DNA from: Pseudomonadota bacterium
GTDB taxonomy: Bacteria; Bdellovibrionota_G; JALEGL01; DATDPG01
Direction: 5' to 3'
Assembly (NCBI GenBank): GCA_043809315.1
Contig: JAZDDX010000043.1
Location: forward strand, 1-34,605
DNA length: 34,605 bases
This document shows positions 24,606 to 34,421 of the stretch, piece by piece (within the stretch, counting starts at the first letter, position 1; each line of letters starts with the position of its first letter). The position numbers were made by a program, and so were the translations under genes. The notes under the pieces are model-generated. The model searched no databases, was not told the DNA's origin, and was given only the letters and a program-made list of their open reading frames with translations.

Positions 24606-25760
24606 CTAGAATCCCCGGGCTCTCGCGCGGGGAGGGCGGAAGGTTCTCACTCGTCCCTTCGGAAGGGGAGGGGCCGACTTCGGGTCGAGATGCCGGGAGA
24701 GGGCGATCCACTGATCCCGATCGTCCGGAGTCAACAGACAGAGCGATGAACCCTGTGCACCTGCGCGCGCCGTGCGGCCGATCCGGTGAATGTAATCCTC
24801 CGGGACCTGCGGCAGGTCGTAATTGATGACATGCGCGATGTGCGGGATGTCGAGGCCGCGCGAAGCGATATCGGTCGCGACGAGGATCCGGAATCGCTCC
24901 TTGCGGAACCCGTCCATCACCGCCGTCCGTTGTCCCTGCGTCCGGTTCCCATGGATCCGATCGGCTTTGAACCCCGAATCGGAGAGAAGGCGCGCAACCC
25001 GGTCGGTCCGGCGTTTCGTCCGCGCGAAGATCAGGACGGAGCCTTTCCGCTCCGCCAACTCCTTCAGGAGGACGTTGTTCTTTTCGAGAGCGGTGGTGTT
25101 CACGAACGACTGCTGGACCTCGTCCACCGGCCGTGAGATCGCCCCTACCGAAATCTTTTTCGGATGGTTTAGATGCTGTGCCGCCAGGCGCTCGATCGAA
25201 GCCGGGAAGGTCGCCGAGAACAGAAGGGTCTGTCTCTTCGGCGGAACGTGCCGAAAGATCCTCTTGAGCTGAGGCTCGAACCCGATGTCGAGCATCCGGT
25301 CCGCCTCGTCCAACACGAGGATCTTCAGATTCGTGAACGAAATCGTCCGCTGTTCGAGGTGATCGAGAAGGCGTCCGGGGGTGGCGATGACGATCCGCGG
25401 CCTTTTCGTGAGAGCCAGGCGTTGAAGATGCATCGAAGCACCGCCGATCACGACGCAGGAGCGGATCGCCGGAAGATTCCGCGTGAGCTGTGTCAGCACA
25501 TCGTGAATCTGGGCGGCGAGCTCCCGGGTGGGTACGAGAATCAATGCCGTCGCGGCGGGATCTTTCGAGAGAATCGTCACGATCGGGATGCCGAACGCGG
25601 CGGTTTTTCCCGTGCCGGTCTGGGCGATTCCGACCAGATCGGTCCCTTCCAAGATCGCCGGAATCGCTTCCGACTGGATCGGGGTGGGGGTGGAATACTG
25701 CATTCCGCGCAACGCCGACAAAACCGGCGGCGGAAGATGAAACAGGTCAAACGTAGACAA
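24606..25760 (-). CDS. DEAD-box ATP-dependent RNA helicase
   Basis: Q motif (F..L.L..PVLSAL...YSTPTPIQ), motif I AQTGTGKT, Ia PTRELA, II VLDEADRMLD, III SAT, VI HRIGRTARAG. 384 aa. Confidence 0.92.
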   Translation of the reverse strand: MSTFDLFHLPPPVLSALRGMQYSTPTPIQSEAIPAILEGTDLVGIAQTGTGKTAAFGIPIVTILSKDPAATALILVPTRELAAQIHDVLTQLTRNLPAIRSCVVIGGASMHLQRLALTKRPRIVIATPGRLLDHLEQRTISFTNLKILVLDEADRMLDIGFEPQLKRIFRHVPPKRQTLLFSATFPASIERLAAQHLNHPKKISVGAISRPVDEVQQSFVNTTALEKNNVLLKELAERKGSVLIFARTKRRTDRVARLLSDSGFKADRIHGNRTQGQRTAVMDGFRKERFRILVATDIASRGLDIPHIAHVINYDLPQVPEDYIHRIGRTARAGAQGSSLCLLTPDDRDQWIALSRHLDPKSAPPLPKGRVRTFRPPRARARGF

Positions 25761-25917
25761 AGCAAACCTCCTTAGAAGGCTGTCAAGACGCCTTTAAAGA
25801 GGACAAAAGCACTATGCTTGGGACTCAAGGGCGTTGAAAACTGCTGACAGGAAGGGCTTGTAGCATGGTTCGGTTTGACAAGTCAAACGGTCTCATTTTT
25901 GGGATACTTCCCGAATT

Positions 25918-26586
25918 ATGCCGACCCCATACGTGACGGTAGATTCCCTTCCTTCGAAAACCCGATCGTGGTTGGACCGAGTTGCTCCGTTCAACCGCGG
26001 AACGTTGAAGTTGAATGGGGGGCAAACGGCCCTCCTCGTGGTCGACATGCAGACCTTTTTCCTCGATCCCAAGTCGCCGACCTATACCTGTGGCGGGATG
26101 GCGATCTTGCCGAACGTGAAGAAACTCATCACCGCGTTCCGGGAGGCGAAACGCCCGGTGATCTACACCCGGCATGTTCACCACCCGGATCGTCTCGATG
26201 TCGGAATCATGGGGTGGTGGTGGGATGGAATGTGTGTGGAAGGCAGCCCGGAGAGCGAAATCGATCCCGGCCTTGCGCCTCTTCCGAACGAGAAAGTGGT
26301 TCTCAAGCACCGGTACTCCTCGTTCTTCGATACCGATCTAGGAACCGTTCTGCGCTGCCTCAAGATCGAAGATCTCGTGATCTCCGGGATCATGACCAAC
26401 ATGTGCTGCGAGTCGACCGCCCGGGATGCGTACTCCCGGGACTATCGTGTGTTTTTCCCGGCAGACGGAACGGGCACGATCAACGAAGAGATGCACCTGG
26501 CGAGCCTGTTGAATCTGGCATTTGGTTTCGCTTCGATCACGACAGTGGATCGATTGATCGGAGAACTGCTCGCGGAACCTGCGTGA
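25918..26586 (+). CDS. isochorismatase-family hydrolase (second paralogue)
   Basis: TALLVVDMQTFFLDP and C-terminal TNMCCESTARDAYSRDYRVFF. Same architecture as 8982-9653. Confidence 0.8.
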   Translation: MPTPYVTVDSLPSKTRSWLDRVAPFNRGTLKLNGGQTALLVVDMQTFFLDPKSPTYTCGGMAILPNVKKLITAFREAKRPVIYTRHVHHPDRLDVGIMGWWWDGMCVEGSPESEIDPGLAPLPNEKVVLKHRYSSFFDTDLGTVLRCLKIEDLVISGIMTNMCCESTARDAYSRDYRVFFPADGTGTINEEMHLASLLNLAFGFASITTVDRLIGELLAEPA

Positions 26587-26628
26587 CAGCCGCCCACGGA
26601 TAGGCTATACGCCTCGCCCCTTACCGTT

Positions 26629-28506
26629 ATGTTGAATCTGCGGAACATCTGCATCATCGCCCACGTCGACCACGGGAAGACGACGCTGGTCGATTTCCTG
26701 CTCCGGCAGGCGGGGACGTTTAAGCAACACCAGGCGCTCGAGGAGCGGGTCATGGACTCGATGGACCTCGAGCGGGAGCGCGGGATCACGATTCTGGCGA
26801 AGAACACCTCCGTCCACGTCGGGGAGACGAAGATCAACATCGTCGATACGCCAGGGCACGCCGATTTCGGCGGCGAGGTGGAGCGGATCATGCGGATGGT
26901 CGACGGATCGATCCTCCTGGTCGACGGCGCGGAGGGCCCCCTCCCTCAGACACGGTTCGTTCTCCAGAAAGCGCTCGGGCACGGCCTCAAGGTGATCCTC
27001 GTGATCAACAAGGTCGACCGGCCGGAGTGCACGCCGGCGCGGCTTCAGGATGTCGTGAACCAAGTGTTCGACCTTTTCATCGATCTCGGGGCCTCGGAGA
27101 CCCAGGCGGAGTTCCCGATCGTCTTTTCCTGTAGTCGTCAGGGGTGGTGCACGACACAACAGGAAGACGTTCCTCACCTCCTCTCGGGAGAGAAAGTTGG
27201 ATCTCTCAAACCTCTTTTCGACCTGATTCTGGCGCAAATTCCGCCCCCGAGAGTTGAGACATCGGGTGATTTCCTGATGCTTGTTTCGAACCTCTCGTAT
27301 TCCGACTATGTCGGCCGTCTGGCGGTCGGTCGGGCGATCACCGGATCGCTGCGCAAGAACGATCGTCTGATCCGGCATGGAATTGATGCCGATGGGGATC
27401 CGATCCGGGAGCGTTTCGCGGTCACCCACCTGTACACGTTCGAAGGGCTCAAACAGATGGAGGTCGAGGAGTTGGCCCCCGGCGATATCGGACTGATCTC
27501 GGGAATCGAGAAGTTCGAAATCGGGGACACGCTGGCGAGCAACGAGGCCACCCATCCGCTCCCCCGGATCTCAATCGAGAAACCGACCCTCGGGATGGTC
27601 TTTTCCGTCAACACCTCCCCACTTTCAGGGCAGGAAGGGGAAGCGATTCAATCCCGAAAACTCCGGGAACGGCTCCTCCGTGAAGTTCGGCAAAACGTCG
27701 CGCTCCGGTTCGAGGAGCTCGAAGTTCCGGATCAGTTCCGGATTCTCGGACGAGGGGAGCTTCAGATGGCGATCCTCTGCGAGCAGATGAGGCGCGAAGG
27801 GTTCGAGTTCATGATCGGGAAGCCGATCGTTCTCATGAAGCATAATAAAGACGGGCAGACCCTGGAGCCGGTCGAGAACGCGGTGCTCGACCTTCCCGAG
27901 GAAAATGCCGGGGACGTGACGAGAATGTTCCAGGAGAGGAGAGGGATCCTGACGAAATACGAGACCCACCACGCCCTGCGAAGCGGGGCGGGGCCGCACC
28001 GGATTCGCCTGGAGTTCACCATCCCGACGCGCGGCCTTTTGGGGATGCGCTCGCGGTATATGAACGTCACTCGCGGCGAGGGGCTGATCAGCTCCGAGTT
28101 CCTCGGGTACGAGCCTCATTTGGGGGAGATCCCCCATCGAATCAGCGGGGCGCTGGTCGCCGACCGTACGGGGGAGACGGTCGAATACGGTCTGCTCGGC
28201 TTGGAAGACCGCGGGATGCTCTTCCTTCCCCCCGGGGTCCCGGTCTACGAGGGGATGATCGTCGGGGAGCACGCCAAAGAGAACGATCTCAACGTCAACG
28301 TCTGCCGGACGAAGAAACTCACGAACGTTCGCGCGGCGCACGCCGAACTTCTCGTGACGCTGGCCGGGATCCGGACGATGTCGCTCGAGCAGTCGATCGA
28401 GTGGATCGACGAGGACGAGTGGATCGAGGTCACGCCGAAGTCGATCCGTATGCGGAAACGGATCCTTCCCAAGAATTTGCGCAGCGTAAAACGAAACGTT
28501 TCGTAA
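26629..28506 (+). CDS. typA: translational GTPase TypA/BipA
   Basis: N-terminus LRNICIIAHVDHGKTTLVD (G1), DTPGHADFGGEV (G3), NKVDR (G4). 625 aa with EF-G-like domains and the characteristic BipA C-terminus. Confidence 0.93.
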   Translation: MLNLRNICIIAHVDHGKTTLVDFLLRQAGTFKQHQALEERVMDSMDLERERGITILAKNTSVHVGETKINIVDTPGHADFGGEVERIMRMVDGSILLVDGAEGPLPQTRFVLQKALGHGLKVILVINKVDRPECTPARLQDVVNQVFDLFIDLGASETQAEFPIVFSCSRQGWCTTQQEDVPHLLSGEKVGSLKPLFDLILAQIPPPRVETSGDFLMLVSNLSYSDYVGRLAVGRAITGSLRKNDRLIRHGIDADGDPIRERFAVTHLYTFEGLKQMEVEELAPGDIGLISGIEKFEIGDTLASNEATHPLPRISIEKPTLGMVFSVNTSPLSGQEGEAIQSRKLRERLLREVRQNVALRFEELEVPDQFRILGRGELQMAILCEQMRREGFEFMIGKPIVLMKHNKDGQTLEPVENAVLDLPEENAGDVTRMFQERRGILTKYETHHALRSGAGPHRIRLEFTIPTRGLLGMRSRYMNVTRGEGLISSEFLGYEPHLGEIPHRISGALVADRTGETVEYGLLGLEDRGMLFLPPGVPVYEGMIVGEHAKENDLNVNVCRTKKLTNVRAAHAELLVTLAGIRTMSLEQSIEWIDEDEWIEVTPKSIRMRKRILPKNLRSVKRNVS

Positions 28507-28523
28507 GGCGGTTCGTTCAACGA

Positions 28524-28697
28524 TTACCGCAGAACGAGCGGCAGCACCGTCAAAACCACTCCGATCCCGATCATCCACGCAAGGTTCGAAACAAAATACG
28601 GGAAAACCATCAGGATCAATCCCACGACCAGTTGAGTGGGTCTTCCCTGTTTCTTCCCGTAGATGAAGAACCCCAGGCCGACGGCGCCGAACAGCAT
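28524..28697 (-). CDS. small two-TM membrane protein
   Basis: Track ORF is 28524..28787. That start overlaps the upstream gene by 55 nt, so I prefer the ATG at 28697 (MLFGAVGLGFFIYGKKQGRPTQLVVGLILMVFPYFVSNLAWMIGIGVVLTVLPLVLR). Confidence 0.4.
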   Translation of the reverse strand: MLFGAVGLGFFIYGKKQGRPTQLVVGLILMVFPYFVSNLAWMIGIGVVLTVLPLVLR

Positions 28698-28732
28698 CGA
28701 GAGAAAGAATGCGGAAGGGGTGGGCACGGCAT

Positions 28733-30772
28733 TTACTCCGAGTGAGGAGCGCAGAGATCGAGCACTTCTTCCGGCCGGTCGAACCATGTAAGAGCGCGTT
28801 CAATCGACGGGGAGGAGCGTCCCCCTTCCGCGTTCGGGACTCTCGCGAGCCCTTGCATCCGTTCCGCTTCCGTCTGGCGATCGAGCCATTTGAGCGGCCA
28901 GATGATCGCCGCGACCAGAGCGGTGAGCGGTGTAGAGAACCGGACCAAGGCATGTTCAAGTCTTGTCCCCGATCCACCGTAGATCGGAATTCGACCCGCC
29001 AGGCTCGACATGGAACTCCGGATCAGGAACCGCCCCAGCCACGGCCGGCGGTGGTAGAACTGGAACGGAAACGCGAGCGTTCCGAAGATCGGGATCGGAC
29101 TGATCGCAAACGCCACCGCGTACGAAGTTTTCCGGTCCTGTCGGCGCAGCCAGCGGTAGGTCACTACGATCACACGGAACACCGACGTGTTGACGATCAA
29201 GATGTATCCGAGAGGGTTCCAAGGATTGGTGGCGAGCAACCCCACTCCTACTACCTTGATCCCGCTGGTGACCGGTTCGAAGAATTTCAGTGCGAGGTGG
29301 GTTCCAAATCCCCGGGCATATTCCGGTGCCTCTCCCCCTCGGATCTCGCGAATCAACGTTTCTCGCCCAGAATCATCGAGGCGGCCCAGTCCCTTCCACT
29401 TAGCGGTCGCATGTTCCACGAATGAATAAGCCAGATGCTCCTGGATTCGCTCCGAGAAGAGAGCGAGGATTGCGAGCTTGAGCGCCGCTCCGAGCTCGCT
29501 CCAGTCCGACAGATAGCGATGGAAACGAGCCGGGAGAATCCCCGCGACGAAATCGTTCAACAGGAACGGAAAGAGCGACCGCAGGCCGTTCTTCAAGCGA
29601 TCGATCCCAGATGCGGGGATCCGACGCTCCCGAAGAAACAGTTCGGTCCGTCGCAGTTGATAGGCCCGGAGTTCGGCGTCGAGAACGCCGAGATGAAGTA
29701 GTGTGTGGAGGAATCTCGCGCGGAACGGGCGATTTCCGATCAATCGATGGAACAACTTCCCGAAACGAGTCGGGATCATCCCGGAAACAAAGAGGGGGTG
29801 GAGGAACAGGAATCGCGACTCACGGAAATGCTCGGACGCATCATCGTCCAACCGTCCTTCTTCCCTCCACCGCTCGGCGAAAGCGGAGCGGACCGTGTCG
29901 CGAAGGTCCCGGTCGGTCAATAGCCGGAAACGATGCCGACCCGGGGCCAGCTCGGTTTGTTTCCACCGATGCGTGTGATGAATTAACTGTTTGGTGGATG
30001 CCTCAAAGGCGGTGATCCCGTCCGGTCCCAGAGTCTTTCGAAGGTCTTCGCGATGAAGGTCGAGATAATTGAGCAGCTTCTTCTCGTCGAGATCGTCGAA
30101 CATCGGGAACGGCGCTCCAGAAAGGGACATCCAGAGATAGCGCGGAGCCAGAACCGCAGGGATCCCCGACTCGAGATCGATGCAGACGAACTCCCCCTCC
30201 GGTGTCCGAAGCAGGTTGGCCGTCGAGACGATCGCGGCCGTTGCGACCTGCCATCCGCTTCCGATCAAACCGGATCGGAGGAGGCACTGTTCCATCCTCC
30301 TCATTTGGTGAAGCAACCCGCTCATCTCCCCGGGCTCACTCCCTTTCTCCGGCCCCTCTTCCGGTTTCGGGGGGGCGACGGAGCGGCCCTGAATCCACTC
30401 GGTCCCCAGGACCCAGTGGCCCCCGGAACATTGGCGGACATAGAGAGCTTCCGCGACCCTGCATTTCTCTTCGGCTTGAAGAAGGGCCCCGGCTACGCGT
30501 CGGCGGTGCAAGCAGGCGAGTGCCGCATCGCGGTTGGTTCCATATGGGAATGGAGCTCCGAAAAAAGCTTTGTAGATCCCGCGGGTCAGACCGGCCGGCA
30601 CGAAATGTTTCTCCACGACCTTCCGGACTCCTTCAGGGGTCTCGAGATCGACCAAAACGGCGTTGGCGGCGCGCCCGCGACCCAACACGCGGAGTCGCCG
30701 GACCGCAGCCGAGATGGGGCGCCCCGACCCGTCGTCGAGAACGGTTTTTTCGAAAGAATCAGCCCCGGACAT
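28733..30772 (-). CDS. membrane protein with N-terminal protein-kinase-like (phosphotransferase-fold) cytoplasmic domain, unknown function
   Basis: 679 aa. The N-terminal ~250 aa have kinase-like landmarks (VVEKHF, HQMRRMEQCLLRSGLIGSGWQV, FVCIDLESG); this is my inference. C-terminal third has 3-4 TM helices (VVGVGLLATNPWNPLGYILIV, AVAFAISPIPIFGTLAFPF, LTALVAAIIWPL). Confidence 0.55.
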   Translation of the reverse strand: MSGADSFEKTVLDDGSGRPISAAVRRLRVLGRGRAANAVLVDLETPEGVRKVVEKHFVPAGLTRGIYKAFFGAPFPYGTNRDAALACLHRRRVAGALLQAEEKCRVAEALYVRQCSGGHWVLGTEWIQGRSVAPPKPEEGPEKGSEPGEMSGLLHQMRRMEQCLLRSGLIGSGWQVATAAIVSTANLLRTPEGEFVCIDLESGIPAVLAPRYLWMSLSGAPFPMFDDLDEKKLLNYLDLHREDLRKTLGPDGITAFEASTKQLIHHTHRWKQTELAPGRHRFRLLTDRDLRDTVRSAFAERWREEGRLDDDASEHFRESRFLFLHPLFVSGMIPTRFGKLFHRLIGNRPFRARFLHTLLHLGVLDAELRAYQLRRTELFLRERRIPASGIDRLKNGLRSLFPFLLNDFVAGILPARFHRYLSDWSELGAALKLAILALFSERIQEHLAYSFVEHATAKWKGLGRLDDSGRETLIREIRGGEAPEYARGFGTHLALKFFEPVTSGIKVVGVGLLATNPWNPLGYILIVNTSVFRVIVVTYRWLRRQDRKTSYAVAFAISPIPIFGTLAFPFQFYHRRPWLGRFLIRSSMSSLAGRIPIYGGSGTRLEHALVRFSTPLTALVAAIIWPLKWLDRQTEAERMQGLARVPNAEGGRSSPSIERALTWFDRPEEVLDLCAPHSE

Positions 30773-30826
30773 GCCGCGATCTTACTCGAAACCGACGAAT
30801 AATGTACCCTTACGCAGGGAATCCAT

Positions 30827-32212
30827 ATGCCGGTATCGATATCCGTCAATCCAAAGATCGCCGAGATGGAGTACGCCGTGCGGGGTCCGATCCCGATCCG
30901 TGCCGCCGAGATGGCCCGACAAGGGAAGAAAACGGTGTTGTGCAACATCGGGAACCCCCAGGCGTTCGGGCAAACCCCGATTTCGTACTATCGCGAGGCT
31001 TTGTCCCTTCTGGAGTCACCGGAGCGGATCGCGCGCGAGCGGAAACTCGGGGTGGTCTCGGAAACCATTCTGGAAATTTGCGAAGGGATGCTGGCACAGC
31101 TTCCCTCCGGGGTAGGGGCATACACAGAAAGCCAGGGGCCTCTTTTTATCCGGAAAGCGGTTGCGAAGTTCATCGATCAGCGGGATGGAGTCTCTCGCTC
31201 CGGAGGGGTCGCGGCCGACCCGGAGAAGATTTTTCTGACGAACGGGGCGAGCGAAGCCGCCCGAAACCTCATCGACCTCCTCATCTCCGGTCCCAGGGAC
31301 GGGATCATGATCCCGATCCCGCAATACCCGCTCTATTCCGCGAGCATCAAGAGAGCGGGGGGGGTGCAGGTCAACTATTACCTCGACGAGGAGAGCGGCT
31401 GGACGTTGAACAAACCGATCCTCGAAAAGGCGTTCGCGCAAGCGAAACGAAAAGGGATTCGGGTGAAAGCGATCGTCGTCATCAACCCCGGGAATCCGAC
31501 CGGGGCGATTCTTCCCGCATCGGCTATGACCGAGGTCGTGGAGTTCGCCCAAGAGCGCGGTCTTGCGATCCTGGCGGACGAGGTCTACCAGGAGAATCTT
31601 TACGGGGCGGAGTTCGTTTCGTTCGCCAAGCTCGTGGGGACGCGGGAGGTCCCTCTCTTCAGCCTCCACAGCACGTCGAAAGGGTTCTGCGGGGAGTGCG
31701 GACGAAGGGGGGGATATGTCGAGATCCGGAATCCTCCTCGGGTCAAGAATTCGAAGCTTTCGTTTCCGGAGCTGCTGTTCAAGCAAGCCTCGGTCAGTCT
31801 ATGCTCGAACACGATCGGCCAGGCGTTGACCTATCTGATGGTGACGCCGCCGCCGAAAGGAAGTTCCACAGCCAAACAGTTCGCGGAGGAACGGGGACGG
31901 GTTCTCTCCTCATTATATGAGAAGGCGGAGATGATCCGCGGGGCGTTCCGGAAGATGAACGGGGTGGAGTGTTTCGGGCGGACCGGGGCGCTCTATCTCT
32001 TCCCTCGATTGGATCGCCTTCCCCGGGGGACCAACGACTTCGATTACTGCATGAACCTTCTGGAAAGCACGGGACTTTGCACGGTGAACGGCGCCGGGTT
32101 CGGCCAACGCCCCGGCACGAACCACCTGCGGGTCGCCTTCCTGCCCCCCCGGGAGATGCTCGAGGAGGTTCTCCCCGCCTGGGTGAAGTTCCATAACGCA
32201 TATGTGAAGTAA
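30827..32212 (+). CDS. alanine aminotransferase (aminotransferase class I/II, ALT-type)
   Basis: N-terminus MEYAVRGPIPIRAAEM...LCNIGNPQAFGQ, and PLP-Lys region HSTSKGFCGECGRRGGYVEI, typical of glutamate-pyruvate aminotransferases. 461 aa. Confidence 0.85.
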   Translation: MPVSISVNPKIAEMEYAVRGPIPIRAAEMARQGKKTVLCNIGNPQAFGQTPISYYREALSLLESPERIARERKLGVVSETILEICEGMLAQLPSGVGAYTESQGPLFIRKAVAKFIDQRDGVSRSGGVAADPEKIFLTNGASEAARNLIDLLISGPRDGIMIPIPQYPLYSASIKRAGGVQVNYYLDEESGWTLNKPILEKAFAQAKRKGIRVKAIVVINPGNPTGAILPASAMTEVVEFAQERGLAILADEVYQENLYGAEFVSFAKLVGTREVPLFSLHSTSKGFCGECGRRGGYVEIRNPPRVKNSKLSFPELLFKQASVSLCSNTIGQALTYLMVTPPPKGSSTAKQFAEERGRVLSSLYEKAEMIRGAFRKMNGVECFGRTGALYLFPRLDRLPRGTNDFDYCMNLLESTGLCTVNGAGFGQRPGTNHLRVAFLPPREMLEEVLPAWVKFHNAYVK

Positions 32213-32254
32213 ACCTCTGGCGCGGCACGGGGTCTGTGTGTAGGATTCCCCCCC

Positions 32255-33523
32255 TTGAAACTTCTCCTCATCGCACCTGCCCGGCTTGGAGCCTCGGCAC
32301 GGAAGGGAAGAAACGTCCATCAACTGAACCTGGCGCTTCTGGCCGGCCTCGCCACGCCGTATTTCGACGACATCAAGATCGTGGAGGAGGACTTCGTCGA
32401 TCTCGACCTCGAGGAGAGCGCCGACCTCGTCGGGATCACGATGCTGACCTGCCAGGCGAAGCGCGGCTACGAGCTGGGGGATCATTTCCGGAAACGGGGG
32501 ATCCCGACGATCTGCGGCGGAAGCCACGCCTCGTTCCTGCCGGACGAATGTCTGGAGCATTTCGATTCCGTCGTCGTCCATGAGGCGGAAAACATCTGGC
32601 CGGAAATGATGGCCGATTTCCAAAACGGGGGTCTCAAAAAGATCTATCACTCGGATCACCCGGCCGACTTAAATGTGCTTCCGATGCCGCGGAAGGATCT
32701 CTTTAGCGGCCGGAGGTCGACGTTGAGCGCCCAGGTTCTTCAGACCGGTCGGGGATGTCCGTACGGCTGTCACTTCTGCACGGTGACGACGATCTACGGC
32801 AAGACGCTCCGGACACGCCCGGTGGCACACGTGGTCGAGGAGATCCGGAAGTACCCCTCGAAAATCTTTTTCTTCGTCGACGACAACATCTTTTTCTCCC
32901 GTAAGTACGCCTACGAACTGTTCGAGGCGATCATCCCTTTGAAGATCAAGTGGGGGAGCCAGGGCTCTCTGGACCGGATCTGCGCGGACGAGAAGCTCCT
33001 GGATCTTGCCGTCCGTTCGGGGTGCATGAGCCTTTTTATCGGGATCGAATCGATCGAGCAGGAGGTCCTCAACTCGACGCACAAGGCGCACAACAAGGTG
33101 AAGGATTACGAGCAGCAGCTCGCGAAGATCCATCGGGCCGGGATCAACGTGATTGGGGCGTTCATCTTCGGGTGGGAGAACGACACCCCCGACACGTTCC
33201 GGAAGGTCCGTGATTTTTTGGGTCGGAACAAGGTCATGCTCTTGAGCAGCGGGATCCTAACCCCGTTTCCGGGAACCCAACTCTACGACCGGTTGGAGAA
33301 GGAAGGGCTGATCGAGGATCGCGACTGGAGTCACTACGACGGGGGACACCTGGTCTGGAAGCACCCGAATTTCTCGCGGGAGGAGATCGACCGGGAGAAG
33401 AATCGGCTGCACAAGGAGTTCTATTCGGCGCCGTCGATCCTGAAACGGTTCTGGACGAATCGGCAACATCCTCTCTATTACTTGGGGATGAACGCCGTCC
33501 ATTGGACGAAGAACCGGAAGTGA
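32255..33523 (+). CDS. B12-binding domain radical SAM protein, unknown substrate
   Basis: N-terminal cobalamin-binding Rossmann region (DLVGITMLTCQ...IPTICGGSHASF) and radical-SAM cluster motif CPYGCHFC. TTG start without Shine-Dalgarno, so the start is uncertain. Confidence 0.8.
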   Translation: MKLLLIAPARLGASARKGRNVHQLNLALLAGLATPYFDDIKIVEEDFVDLDLEESADLVGITMLTCQAKRGYELGDHFRKRGIPTICGGSHASFLPDECLEHFDSVVVHEAENIWPEMMADFQNGGLKKIYHSDHPADLNVLPMPRKDLFSGRRSTLSAQVLQTGRGCPYGCHFCTVTTIYGKTLRTRPVAHVVEEIRKYPSKIFFFVDDNIFFSRKYAYELFEAIIPLKIKWGSQGSLDRICADEKLLDLAVRSGCMSLFIGIESIEQEVLNSTHKAHNKVKDYEQQLAKIHRAGINVIGAFIFGWENDTPDTFRKVRDFLGRNKVMLLSSGILTPFPGTQLYDRLEKEGLIEDRDWSHYDGGHLVWKHPNFSREEIDREKNRLHKEFYSAPSILKRFWTNRQHPLYYLGMNAVHWTKNRK

Positions 33524-33530
33524 TGTTTTC

Positions 33531-34109
33531 ATGAGTTGGGTCGGACTCCTGGTTTTGGCGCTGGCTCTGGCGATGGACGCGTTCGCGGTCGCCGTGGCGG
33601 CCGGGTTGTCCCTCTCCCGTGTGACCGGGAAGCACGTTTTCCGTCTGGCGTTCCACTTCGGACTCTTCCAGGCCCTGATGCTGTTCGCCGGATGGGCAGC
33701 CGGGACGGCGATCCGCAGCCACATCATGTCGATCGATCACTGGGTGGCGTTCGGGCTTCTCGGTTTCGTCGGCGGGAAGATGATCTTCGAAGCGGTACGT
33801 GGGGGTGAGGAAGATCGGCCGAAACAGGATCCGACGACCGGATGGAATCTCATTCTTTTATCGGTGGCGACCAGCATCGACGCTCTTGCGGTGGGACTTT
33901 CGCTCGCGATGATCGGAGCCCCGATCGCGATCCCGGCACTCGTCATCGGGGTCGTCGCGGCGGTACTCACGATGATCGGGATGCTGATCGGGCGGAGCGT
34001 GGGCCGGGCCTGGGGGCGACGGGTCGAGATTCTGGGAGGAGTGATCCTTCTCGCGATCGGGATCAAGATCCTGCTCGATCACATCTTAACTACGGTCGAA
34101 GTGCGGTAG
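33531..34109 (+). CDS. mntP: manganese efflux pump MntP (DUF204 tandem)
   Basis: N-terminus LALAMDAFAVAVAAGLSL and repeated half LLSVATSIDALAVGLSLAM, the hallmark duplicated motif of MntP. 192 aa. Confidence 0.85.
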   Translation: MSWVGLLVLALALAMDAFAVAVAAGLSLSRVTGKHVFRLAFHFGLFQALMLFAGWAAGTAIRSHIMSIDHWVAFGLLGFVGGKMIFEAVRGGEEDRPKQDPTTGWNLILLSVATSIDALAVGLSLAMIGAPIAIPALVIGVVAAVLTMIGMLIGRSVGRAWGRRVEILGGVILLAIGIKILLDHILTTVEVR

Positions 34110-34421
34110 GTCGTCGGGAATCGGGATCGATAGTTCGACGAAGCCGGCGAAGCGACCTTTTTTGTACCAAGGGATCTGATGGATGATCTTTTTCTGTCCG
34201 TTCTTCCGAATCGTGTAGTGGTTCGATTGTCGCGTGCGAAACAGTTCGAGGGTTTTCTCTTTCGCCGGTCCCTCGTGGCAATCGAAAACATTCTGCCCGA
34301 TGAGTGCCGTGCCTCCGTCGTTTGCGAACGTCTCGACCGATCGGTCGTTCATCCTGGAAATCGTTCCGTCTTCTTCCGCCACCGTGATGGCGGAGGGAAG
34401 CTCTTTCACCCAGTCGTCCAT
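34086..34421 (-). CDS. small cytoplasmic protein, PAS-like fold candidate
   Basis: 111-aa ORF convergent with mntP and overlapping its 3' end by 24 nt. Alternating beta/alpha pattern (GTISRMNDRSVETFANDGGTALIGQNVFDCH). Weak call. Confidence 0.35.
   Translation of the reverse strand: MDDWVKELPSAITVAEEDGTISRMNDRSVETFANDGGTALIGQNVFDCHEGPAKEKTLELFRTRQSNHYTIRKNGQKKIIHQIPWYKKGRFAGFVELSIPIPDDLPHFDRS

Noticed and set aside
24606-24640. CCCCGGG...CGCGGGG hairpin between convergent lipoprotein and helicase genes, considered as a terminator
   Set aside because: It lies inside the helicase C-terminal coding sequence and has no T tract.
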